DNA of 53,484 nucleotides from Octopus bimaculoides (Eukaryota), in NCBI RefSeq assembly GCF_001194135.2, contig NC_068987.1:130164-183647 (forward strand), written 5' to 3'. The position numbers were made by a program, and so were the translations under genes. Below the pieces are notes generated by a model that saw nothing but the letters and a program-made list of their open reading frames with translations, was not told the DNA's origin and did not search any database. Below, one piece after another: positions 1 to 51,700 of this stretch. How positions within the stretch are numbered: the stretch's first letter is position 1; each line of letters begins with the position of its first letter.

Positions 1-650
1 GTGTGTGACAGAGTACTTAAGATTAGGCTAGTGCTTCACCATAGGTTAGCTACCATCATCTTGGCCTATGCTCCTCAACCGGGGCTACCGGATGGGCAGA
101 AAGACCAATTCTATGACACCCTCTTGCAAACTATCTCATTGACGAATGACAGGGATCTTCTCTTTGGGGCTGGTGATTTCAATGGTCATGTTGGACGACA
201 TGCAGGGGGCTTCCATGGCGTACATGGAGGTTACGGCTTCGGTTCCCGCAATGAGGAGGGAACCAGACTGTTGGACTTCTGTGATGCAAACGATCTTATG
301 GTTTGCAATACCAACTTCAGGAAACCTGCCTGTCACCTAGTCACCTACAATTCCGGCAGACACTCTAGCCAAATCGACTACATCCTCGCCAGAAATAGGG
401 AAAGAGGGCGGCTTATAAATGCCAAAGCCTTCCCTGGCGAAGAATGTACCCAACACAGATTAGTAGTTAGCGACTCTGGGATCAAGGCAAAATGGATGCC
501 CAGAAGTAGACCAGCTTGGAGGAGAAGGGTTTGGAAGCTTAAAGACCCTGAAAATGAATGGAGATTTAGAGACATGTTACTTGAAGCATTTGACGAAATA
601 GAAGGGGATATAGCATCACACAACTTGAAAGACAATTGGAAAGACCAAAC
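1..650 (+). mobile_element. RTE-clade LINE ORF2, apurinic-type endonuclease domain; runs off the window 5' and is cut off 3'
   Basis: Open frame with AYAPQ, GDFNGHVG, G.G.RN.EG..LL.FC, NT.F.K, TY.SG...SQIDYIL and QHRLVV motifs. Confidence 0.92.
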
Positions 651-729
651 AACAACATAAGAGATATAGATCAAACCAAAGAAAAAAGTAAAGAAAAAAA
701 AAAATAATAATAATAGTAGATCAGGAAAG

Positions 730-1680
730 GACAACTGTCAGCAGCAACTTAAGTGAGGAAGATAAGGTGAGAGGATTTTAGATGATGACCTGCAGGGAGC
801 AATGAGTAAAAAAAAGATAGAAAAAGATTACCAGCATTAAAAGGTGCCAAGAGAAGGAAGCTGTGAGATATGACTAAGAAAGGAGATTCTGTTCTCAGTA
901 GGATGGATACTAACAATACAGGTGACACTAACTTCCTGAGCAATGCAGAAGCGATGGAAGTTCTTCTCTTGATGTTAACTTTCCTTAAGGCTGTGTCACT
1001 TGAGTAGAGGTCTACTTTCCATTTCTCCATGGATGGATTAAAAGAAAGCCTATGACACGATTTCACACTCATGGATAATTGAATGTTTGAGTATATTCTG
1101 TATTGCTAACAACATAACAGAGGAAAGATTAGGAAAGGAGATTAGAAAATAAAGTGAAGACTTTAAGACAAGATCTATGTAGAATAGAAGGCTGGAAACT
1201 GAAAAAATTAGAAAGCACTAGATTTTAATCTCTTGATAAAGGATTCTTAGTCAAACAGGCAGGGTGAGGGATGGTCATGGAGGAATTGAAAGAGTATGTC
1301 ATAGCAGTAGCAGTAAGCTTTCCAGTTATCAGAAAAGAATAGATTAGTATCAACAGAACAGATTGAAACAAACCAAAAGAGATTTTGTAACCAAATAAAT
1401 AGGGAAGAAGAACTAAATCTGAAGATGAGAAAGCTAATGCAGAAAAAAGGTAGAAAGTTCTGGAGTGATATCTGGGAAATGCCAGTCAATCATAATGGAG
1501 ATACAGCATGGCTAAAAAAAAGCACGTAAGGTAAGAAGTAGTTAGTGAAGTGAAGCAGCCAGATCTATGACTGACTTGTGCATTAGTGAATAAAGTGTTA
1601 GGAAAAATGGTGAATTGGAAGGGTCCAGGACCAGATTTAGTTCAAGGATACTGGTTTGCAAAGTCAAGGTATATTACGTC
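730..1680 (+). mobile_element. Decayed R4/Dong-like (RLE-type) LINE fragments, out of canonical order
   Basis: WMD.KKAYDTISHSWIIECL (RT) at about 1028-1100, followed by QNRL..TNQKRF, KFWSDIWE and KMVNWKGPGPDLVQGYW (pre-RT segments) at about 1350-1660. Confidence 0.7.
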
Positions 1681-1775
1681 CACATTTGTTGAGTAACTTC
1701 CTCAACATTTAGTCATAGTGCTGTAAGAGCTGGACCAGGCAGCTCCTACATTATATATTTACATACATAAAAGAA

Positions 1776-1781
<6 letters not shown>

Positions 1782-1806
<25 letters not shown>

Positions 1807-1873
1807 TATGTGTATATACATATACACACACACACACATATGTGTATATACATATACACACACACACACACAC

Positions 1874-1932
<59 letters not shown>
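1782..1932. repeat. (CA)n/(TA)n microsatellite running into N-gap 1933-2207
   Basis: Seen directly. Confidence 0.95.
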
Positions 1933-2247
1933 NNNNNNNNNNNNNNNNNNNNNNNNNNNNNNNNNNNNNNNNNNNNNNNNNNNNNNNNNNNNNNNNNNNN
2001 NNNNNNNNNNNNNNNNNNNNNNNNNNNNNNNNNNNNNNNNNNNNNNNNNNNNNNNNNNNNNNNNNNNNNNNNNNNNNNNNNNNNNNNNNNNNNNNNNNNN
2101 NNNNNNNNNNNNNNNNNNNNNNNNNNNNNNNNNNNNNNNNNNNNNNNNNNNNNNNNNNNNNNNNNNNNNNNNNNNNNNNNNNNNNNNNNNNNNNNNNNNN
2201 NNNNNNNATATATATATATTATATATATATATATTATATATATATAT

Positions 2248-2520
2248 TATTAGCGTTGAGCTTACGATTGTTAGGTTGTGATTTCGAATCCCAGACCGGG
2301 CTATATGTTGTGTTTTTGAGCAAGACACTTTCTTTCACGTTGCTCCAGTTCACTCAGCTGTAGAAATGAGTTGTGGCGTCACAGGTGCCAGGCTGTATTG
2401 GTCTTTGCCTTTTCCTTGGAGACTGCTGGTCTTCCATAAACAACCTTGCCCAGACTTGTGCCTGAGAGGGTAACTTTCTAGGTGTAATCCCATGGTCAGT
2501 CATGACCAAAGGAGGTCTCG
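2248..2520 (+). mobile_element. tRNA-derived SINE, family A (5'-truncated)
   Basis: B-box-like TTTCGAATCCC; body homologous to 14978-15310. Confidence 0.8.
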
Positions 2521-2581
2521 ATATATATAATATATATAGACCAATGGAAGGGATCAATTAAATATATAATATATATATATG

Positions 2582-2665
2582 TGTAATGTGAGATAATAGT
2601 TTCACTATGTATATATTATATACATAGTGAAAGTATTAAGACTGAAACTATTATCTCACATTACA
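2582..2665. repeat. Nested perfect inverted repeats: 23-bp arms 2582-2604/2643-2665 and a 33-bp palindrome 2600-2632
   Basis: TGTAATGTGAGATAATAGTTTCA pairs with TGAAACTATTATCTCACATTACA; TTTCACTATGTATATA-T-TATATACATAGTGAAA. Confidence 0.95.
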
Positions 2666-2679
2666 GTAGAGATGTTATT

Positions 2680-2860
2680 GTTTCACTTTTGACACGTATT
2701 AGTTGGAAATTGTTTTTGGTCTATGACACTCTATGAACCCTAAGTAGTGTATGTGTAAAATTTGAATGAAATCGGTTGGGTAGTTCTTGAGTTTTGGTGA
2801 TGCATGCATACAGACACACAGACACACATTCTCAGTTTTATATATATATATATAGATATA
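2680..2860 (+). mobile_element. Possible Helentron/HINE-like non-autonomous element end
   Basis: AAATTTGAATGAAATCGG...(CAGA/CACA)...TTTTATATATATAG layout resembles DINE-1/HINE-type termini. Pattern recognition only. Confidence 0.35.
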
Positions 2861-2957
2861 TCTATATCTATATCTATATCTATATCTACAGATGTATATG
2901 GTTCAAAATGGTACAAGAAACAAAAACCTAAAGAGAGATGAGAGAGAACAACATATA

Positions 2958-2980
2958 AACCCTAACCCTAACCCTAACCC
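2958..2980 (-). repeat. Interstitial (TTAGGG)n-type repeat, about 4 units
   Basis: AACCCT x3.8; a second tract of 3 units lies at 15823-15840. Confidence 0.85.
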
Positions 2981-3053
2981 ATGCATACGAATACGTATAT
3001 CATCATTAAGATAAAAATTATCCAAAATAAGCCATCTCTACTCATTTTTTGAA

Positions 3054-3089
<36 letters not shown>

Positions 3090-3339
3090 ATATATTCACA
3101 CACCCATGCATACATATATACACACATAGGCATAGATGTTTGTGTGTTTGTATACATGTGTGTATATATGTCTAATGTAAGTATGTGTATATATGTGTGT
3201 ACACACCCACCCACACAATACACACACGTAGCCCCCCCCCCCACACACACAGACACACATACATACATTTATACACACACACACACACATACATATAATA
3301 CATAAGTTATTTATGTGTGAACAACCTGTTCTATTTCCC

Positions 3340-3652
3340 ACTTAGCCGTCCATTTTCCCGTCTTCTTGTTGCTCTTCTTGCTTTTCTCGTTTCTCCCCTT
3401 CTTCTCCTCTCCTGTCCATGTGCTCTGCTGTGTGAACGTAACTCGCTGCTGCTTGCAGGCATTCCTCTTAAGTGACACTTCTCACTACACTGCTGTCTTT
3501 TGTTACTGCAAATAGCCTCAGTCAGTCAGAGGCGTTGGAGTCAATGAGAAAGAGAATTCAATATCCGGAATAACATTGGCTTCTTCAGGCCCACAGGTGG
3601 GGGACAAACAAGCAAAAGAAATAAAATAAGAAGTTCCTTAGATAAGGTGAAA
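3340..3652 (+). promoter_or_regulatory. Putative TTC39 5' UTR or proximal region, containing a CT-rich tract, a possible acceptor at 3458 and a 9-codon uORF at 3544-3573
   Basis: Non-repetitive sequence immediately 5' of the ATG. The uORF reads ATG AGA AAG AGA ATT CAA TAT CCG GAA TAA. The TSS cannot be determined from sequence. Confidence 0.35.
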
Positions 3653-44274
<40,622 letters not shown>

Positions 44275-44972
44275 CACAAGAGTTTGGACACTTAGAATTA
44301 CTATCATCACCTGCTGTTCTATGATTTAACTGTTCCCCATAAATTCTACACAAAAACTTTATCATATTTATCTCAATATGAAATTTAGAGAGTTAATAGT
44401 CAGTGCTCCTGGTCACCACACTTAAAAATCTACATGTGTGTGTGTGTGTGTGTGTGTGTATGCATGCATGCATTTATACATGTATATGTATGCATATATA
44501 TGTATATATACATATGTCGGTTTATATATGTGTGTGTATGTGTATATATATTTAAGGATATACATATATATTTTTATATATATATGTATATATGTGAGTG
44601 TGTATGTATGTATATATATATATATAAATGTATGCAAATATATGTGTGCGTATTTATGCATATATATATGTATGCTTGCATTTTGTTTAGTTGTGTCCTT
44701 GAAACTTAGTGATTTGCCAAAAGCAATCGATGGAACAGTACCAGTCAATTTGTTTGAGTAAACTGTTGAATGTGGTGCTCCAGCATGGCTATGGTCCAAT
44801 GACTAAAACAAGCAAAAGGTAAAAGATGTGTGTGTATACACACGCACGCATACACACACACATACCAACACACTCAGGCACACTATGCTATGTACAAGTG
44901 TGTACAATATACAATTTTCAGTCATCTTTCATTGTTTCCACATTTTCTCCACATAACTTGGAACTGTATATG

Positions 44973-44977
<5 letters not shown>

Positions 44978-45027
<50 letters not shown>

Positions 45028-45060
45028 GTTGTTGTTATTGTTATTGTTATCATTATTATC
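44978..45060. repeat. (TTA)n trinucleotide run downstream of the stop codon
   Basis: Seen directly. Confidence 0.95.
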
Positions 45061-45165
45061 CATTTCTTTCTCTGCTTCACCCTGTGTAGTATAAAGTTGA
45101 CCCTCATATAATAATAATTCCTGTTGTTGTTTCACTGAATACATCCACAAATTGGAAGACGCCAA

Positions 45166-45205
<40 letters not shown>

Positions 45206-45654
45206 NNNNNNNNNNNNNNNNNNNNNNNNNNNNNNNNNNNNNNNNNNNNNNNNNNNNNNNNNNNNNNNNNNNNNNNNNNNNNNNNNNNNNNNNNNNNNNN
45301 NNNNNNNNNNNNNNNNNNNNNNNNNNNNNNNNNNNNNNNNNNNNNNNNNNNNNNNNNNNNNNNNNNNNNNNNNNNNNNNNNNNNNNNNNNNNNNNNNNNN
45401 NNNNNNNNNCCAAGACCAAAACCTTTTCCAGAAACATGCATTGTCTTGACCGAAATTGTAGACGTGTGTAAATAGACTTTTTTAATTTTTTGTTTTTTGT
45501 TTTTTGTTTTTGTTTTTTATGTCATTATCTCCATTTATGTACATTGTTTTTATTTTAAAATTTTAATTTACTTGTTATTTCATTGTTAAATGTCTTTTGT
45601 TATTTTTTTATATTCTCTGTTGTTAATATACAAGAAAAATTGTTTTTGTTCTGT

Positions 45655-47130
45655 CTGACAATAAGAGAGGAATGCCCGTGGGAGCTGCTCTGTGCTGATG
45701 ACCTGGCTCTTACAGCTGAGTCACTAGCAGAACTGGAGAAGAAGTTCCAGGTGTGGAAGCAAGGTCTAGAATCGAAGTACCTTTGAGTTAATCTAGCAAA
45801 GACCAAAGTCTTGGTAAGTAGGAAAGCAGACAAATCACAACCCCCCTCGAATAGATGGCCCTGCTTGATCTGGGGGGAAAGGTATAGGTAGAAATTCCAT
45901 AAGATGTACCCAGTGTAAGCTTTGGACACATAAGAGATGCAGCAACATTAGAGGAAAGTTAACAGGGAAACTAGTTTTTGTGTGTGGATGGTGCACAGGT
46001 ACAATTAACACTAAAACGGTATAGAAAATAGATTCCATCAAATGTCAGTTGGGAAAATTAGAGGTAGTTGATAGCTTCTGTTACCTAGGTGACCAAGTCA
46101 GTTGTCAAGGAGGATGTTCTGAGGGCATAGCTGCTAGAATAAGAATAGGTTGGGCAAAGTTCATAGAGCTCCTACCTTTGTTAGTAACAAAGGGCCTCTC
46201 CTTAAGAGTGAATGTCAGATTGTATGATGCTTGTGTGCAAACAGCCATGCTACATGACAGTGAAACATGGGCTGTGACCTCCAAGGACATGTAAAGGCTT
46301 GTAAGAAATGAAGCCAGTATGCTTTGCTGGATGTGCAATGTCAGTGTGCATGTATGATAGAGTGTAAGCGTCTTGATAGAAAAGTTGCACATAAGAGGCA
46401 TCAAGATGTGGTGTGCAAGAGAGACGACTTTGCTGGTAAGGTCGTGTGAAGTGTATGGATGTGGACAGCTGTGTGAAGAAGTGCTGATCTCTATCAGTGG
46501 AAGAGGGAGACCCAGGAAGACATGGGACGAGGTAGTGAGGCACGATCTTCAAACATTGGACCTCATGAAGGCAATAACTAGTGACCAAGACTTTTGGCGA
46601 CATATCATGCTTTAGAAGCCCCATCAAATCAAGTGCAATCTAAGTTGTGGCTGTTGTCAGTGTCGTGTCACTGGCACCTGTGCCAGTGACACGTAAAACG
46701 TACCTTTCAAACATTGGGCTTCACAGAAGCAATGTGGTTGATGCCAGTCTCATGTAACTATTACCTGTGCTGGTGGCACATAAAATGCACATTCTGAGTG
46801 CTGGGCCTCACAGAGGCAACGACAAATGACCAAGACCTTTGGCAATATGTTGTGCTTGAGAAGAAGACCCATCAAATATGTTGTGCTTGAGAAGAAGACC
46901 CATCAAACCAACTGAAATCATAGTCATGGCAGATACCGATGCCACCATACTGGTGGCACGTAAAAGTATCCATTACACTCTCAGAGTGGTTGGCATTAGG
47001 AAAGGCGTCCAGCTGTAGAAACCCTGCCAAATCAGACTGGAGTCTGGTGCAGCCCCCCAGCTTACCAGCCCTGGTCAAACTGTCCAACCTATGCCAGCAT
47101 GGACAACAGATGTTAAATGATGATGATGAC
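45655..47130 (+). mobile_element. 5'-truncated RTE LINE: RT with PHD-like insert, C-terminus, 3' UTR and (GAT)n tail
   Basis: CPWELLCADDL..VNLAKTKVL..WPCLI..CTQCKLWTHKRC..FVCGWC..LEVVDSFCYLGDQV..; 31-bp perfect tandem duplication at 46844-46905. Confidence 0.93.
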
Positions 47131-48149
47131 TTATTTTCTAGTTTGAACTGGTTGAACTTTCATGATATTTGTTATTTAGCAGTCTGTACCCAGTTATGAA
47201 AATATTGTTGCACATAAGTATACATAGATTTTTACAAGCACCATTTCATTGATTAGCAATTATTTTAATTAGTTATCATCCAGTTTAATGTCTCTTAACT
47301 TTCTGTTTTAAAATTGTTTTAAATCTTTTGAAAAGTCAAAATTTCTGTGTAAAGTAAGGAATGAGTTTAAGTCTAAAACATGAGCAGGTTTAGCGGGATG
47401 TTTAAAATGAGGGGTAAGTTTTAGTGTACAAGTGATCTGAACAGTCATTCTGTGTGTGTGTGTGTGTGTGTGTAAAATAAATAATAATTTCAGGTTTATA
47501 TGTGGAAAGCAATAGAGAGAATATTTTATCAGAGACTACGATAACAGGTGTTAGGAGAACAACAGGCTCATATCAATGTTCTCATTTAACAAAGATTATG
47601 TAGAGATAGAGCTAGGACTGCAAGCAACTGGAATACATAATGCATAGCATATGACCTCGTTTATGGAAGAAAAAGTGGGCCAGGATTTGAACTTTGCTCT
47701 TTCTGTTTTGCAAAGATGTTCATTCATCTGTTCTGTATGCACGTGTTCTGATTAGGAATAATAGATTCGTTACCACCTCTGCTACTTTGAATAAACAAGC
47801 AAATACTGAACAATGGAATTCCTGATGAATTAACAAAAAATGCAATGGTCATCGGTGGAACACCATTTGACATCTTTTGAAGCTGATCTACACTGAGCAA
47901 TATCAGCCTGTATTAGAGTCACACTGTGTGTTCTCTCATGTAACTTACCATTTGTGGCATTGAGACATTCCTTTCTTTCTGGCGAGATCTGATTTGCCAA
48001 TCATATATATATGTCTAGCTGTTTATAGTGTGATCAAACAACCTCCTAGACATAGATAGTCTGTGAGTTGCTGTTAGGATCTCAGGTCTTAGGGCTTGAT
48101 TCATTAGAAGTTTTGTGAGTGACATACATAATGTCTAATGATTTAACAT

Positions 48150-48727
48150 AAAGGGCCTTAGAATTAATCTAGCGAAAACCAAAGTCTTAGTAAATAGGAA
48201 GGCAGACAAAGCACAAATCCCTTCAGGTAGATGGCCCTGCTTGATCTGTAGAAAAGGGGTAGGTAGAAACTCCATAAGATGAGATGCCATTATGAAAGAC
48301 TGCTGAACGTGGGGAATGAATGGGAGAAGGAGAGTCTGCCAAATGTTGACCCAATTAAGGGACTTGGAAGAAGCTTTTGTCAGAGTCCTCCAATCCGTTA
48401 TCTGGTGGTCAGTGCAGAAACTAAGGATAGATGAGTGGTTCATGAGACCTGTACAAGGACGCTGTCAGTAAGGTGAGGGTGGGCAGCTAGTACAGAGAAG
48501 AATTCAGTGTATAAGTAGGGTTTCCCCAAGGATCGGTGCTCAGCGCCCTCTTGTTCATCATAGTCCTCCAAGCAATAACAGGAATTCAAGACAGGCTGCC
48601 CCTAAGAGCACCTTTATGCTAATGACCTTGCACTCCTAGCTGAATCACTACCTGAGCTAGAGAAGAAATTCCAGGTATGGAAACAAGGTCTAGAATCAAA
48701 GGGCCTTAGAGTTAACCTAGCAAAAAC
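48150..48727 (+). mobile_element. Rearranged RTE ORF2 fragments
   Basis: GLRINLAKTKVL..WPCLICRKGVGRNSIR is joined to the linker CHYERLLNV, then to RT segments VGFPQGSVLS.LLF..YANDL..GLRVNLAKT. Confidence 0.85.
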
Positions 48728-48756
48728 TACACATACGCACACACACACATATATAT

Positions 48757-51700
48757 GTACGAACGAATAAAAGAACGAACGTACGTACATAAGAACGAAC
48801 GAACGAACGTACGCATGTGCGAACGAAAGATCGAACAAACAAACGAACGTACGTACATACATCCGTACGTAGGAACGAGCGAACGAACGTACGTACGTAC
48901 AAACGAACGAACTAACGTACGTACGAACGAACGTACATACGTAAGAGTGAACGTACGTACGAACGAAAGAACGAACGTACGTATGTGCGAAAGTACGAAC
49001 GAACGAAAGAAAGAACGAACGTAATTACGTACGTACGTATATAAGTACGTACGAACGAACGTACATACGTTCGTACGTACGTACCAACGAAGGAACGAAC
49101 AAACTAATGAATGAACGAATGTACGCACATATGTACGTACGTACGAACAAACGAATAAAAGAACGTTAAGTATGTACGTACGAACGAATGGACGACCGAT
49201 CGAACAAACGAATTAACTAACAAACGTAAGTACATACGAACGAACAACCGTACGTACGAAGGAACAAACGAACGTACCTACGTAGGAACGAACAAACGAT
49301 TGAACGAACGAACGAAAGTACGTACGAACGAGTAATAGAGTGAACTAAAGAATGAACGTACTTACGAACAAACGACCAAACGTGCGTACGTACGAAGGAA
49401 CGAACGAATAAAAGAACGAACGTACGTAGTACGTACATAAGAACGAACACACGAACGAACACACACGAACGTACGTACGAACGAACGAACGTAAGTACAT
49501 ACATCCGTACGGAGGAACGAACGAACGTACGTATATGAGTAAGTACGTACGAATGAACGAACGAACGTACATACGTCCGTACGTAAGTACCAACGAAGGA
49601 ACGAACAAACTAATGAACGAACGCACGTACACACGTGGGAACGAAAGTGCGTACGTACCTACGTACGAACAACCAAACGAATGAAGGATCGTACGCACCT
49701 GCGAACGAAAAGAAAGGTCGAACGAACAAACAAACGAACGTACGTACCAACGAAAGAACAAACGAACGTACGTTTATATATCCGTACGTAGGAACGATCG
49801 AACGAACAAACGAACGAAAGAACGAACTTACGTACGTACGTATGTACGTAAGTACGAACGAATGAAGTTACGGACGTACGTGCGTACTTAAGTACGCACG
49901 AACGCACGAAAGAAAGAACGTATGTACGTACGTAAGTACGAACGAACGTACATACGAACGAACGAAAGAATTAGCAAACGAACGAATGCACGAAAGAAGG
50001 AACGAGCGATCGAACAAACGAACGAAAAACCGTACGCACGAAGGAAAAAACGAACGAACGTACGTATGAAGGAAGGAACGAACAAACGAACGTACATACG
50101 AATGTAAGTACGTACGAACGAACGTACGTACCAACGAAACAACGATTGTACGTACGAACGAACGAACGTACGTCCGAACGAACGAACGACCGAAAGATCG
50201 AAGGAAGGAACGAAAGAACAAACGTCCGTACGCACGAACGATCGTACGTACGTACGTTCGTACGTTCTCTCGTTCCTTCCTTCGTACGTACGTACTATCG
50301 TTCGTTCTTTCGTACGATCGTTCGTTATTTCGTTCGTAAGTATTTACGTACGTAAGTTCGTTCATTTGCTCGGTCGTTCGTTCGTACGTACGTTCGTTCG
50401 TTCTTTCGTTCGTTTGTTCATTCGTACGTAAGTACGTATTTTCGTTCGGTCATTCGTACGTACATTCGTATGTTGGTTCGTTCAGTCGTTCGTACGTACG
50501 TACGTTCGTTAGTTCTTTCGTTGGTTCATTCTTTCGTTAGTTTGTTCGTTCGTTCGTTCGTAGGTACGTACGAACGAATGCAAGAACGAACGTACGTACG
50601 TACGAATGAACGATCGTACGTACGTACATACGAACGAATGAACGATCGAACGAACGAACTATGTACGTAAGTACGTGCGTACAAACGAACAAACGGACGT
50701 ATATACGTACTAACGAAAGAACTAACAAAGGAGGGTAAGTTTGTACGTACGTACATACGTAAGAATGAAGGAATGAACGAACGAACGAACATACGTACCT
50801 ACGAACGAATGAACGAACGTACGTATGTACGACCGAACGATCGAAGGAACGAACGAACGTACGTAAGTACGTACGTACGAACGAACGATTGTACGTACAT
50901 ACGAACGAACTAATGAACGAACGGACGTACGTAGATAAGTGCGTACGTAAATACGATTCTAAGTACGTACGTACGAATGAACAAATGAACGTACATATGT
51001 ACCGACGAACGAACGAACGAACTAACGAAAGAATGAACCAACGAAAGAACTAACGTACGAACGAACGTACGTACGTACGAATGACCGAACAAACGAACGA
51101 TCGTACGACCGAGCAAATGAACGAACGAACAACGAAGTTACGTACGTAAATACGTACGAACGATCGAACGAACATACGTTGGTAAGTACGAAAGAATGAG
51201 AGAACGAAGGTACGTACGGATTTACGTTCGCAAGTACCTACGTACGAACATACGTAAGAAGGAACGAACATACGTTCGTACGTAAGTACAACCGAACTAA
51301 CGATCGAACACACAAAAGACAGAACAAATGAAGGAACGAACGTAAGTATGTACGTAGGTACGAACGAAAGAACGAATGAACGAACGATCGAGGAAACGAA
51401 CGTACGTAAGTATGTACGAAAGATCGAACGTACGTATGAGCGCACGGAAACATATACATACGTCCGTACGTACGAAAGAACGAACGAACGAACGAATGAA
51501 AGAACATACGTACGTAATTACGTATATACGAACGAGCGAACGTACGTCCGAACGAACGAACGTACGTGCGTAAGTACGTCCGAACGAACGAAAGAACAAA
51601 CGTAAGTACGAACGAACGAACGAACGTAATTACGTACGTACTTACGAACGAACGAACTATTGAATGAACGAACGTAGGTACGTAGGAACGAACGAACGGA

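Noticed and set aside
1-660. 219-aa ORF as a host gene (the type often auto-annotated 'craniofacial development protein 2-like')
   Set aside because: It is the endonuclease of an RTE LINE, and its continuation is seen in other RTE fragments (23628-24030).
44275-47800. TTC39 polyadenylation site
   Set aside because: I found no AATAAA near the stop. The first clear one (about 47476) lies beyond a gap and a LINE, so the 3' end cannot be placed.
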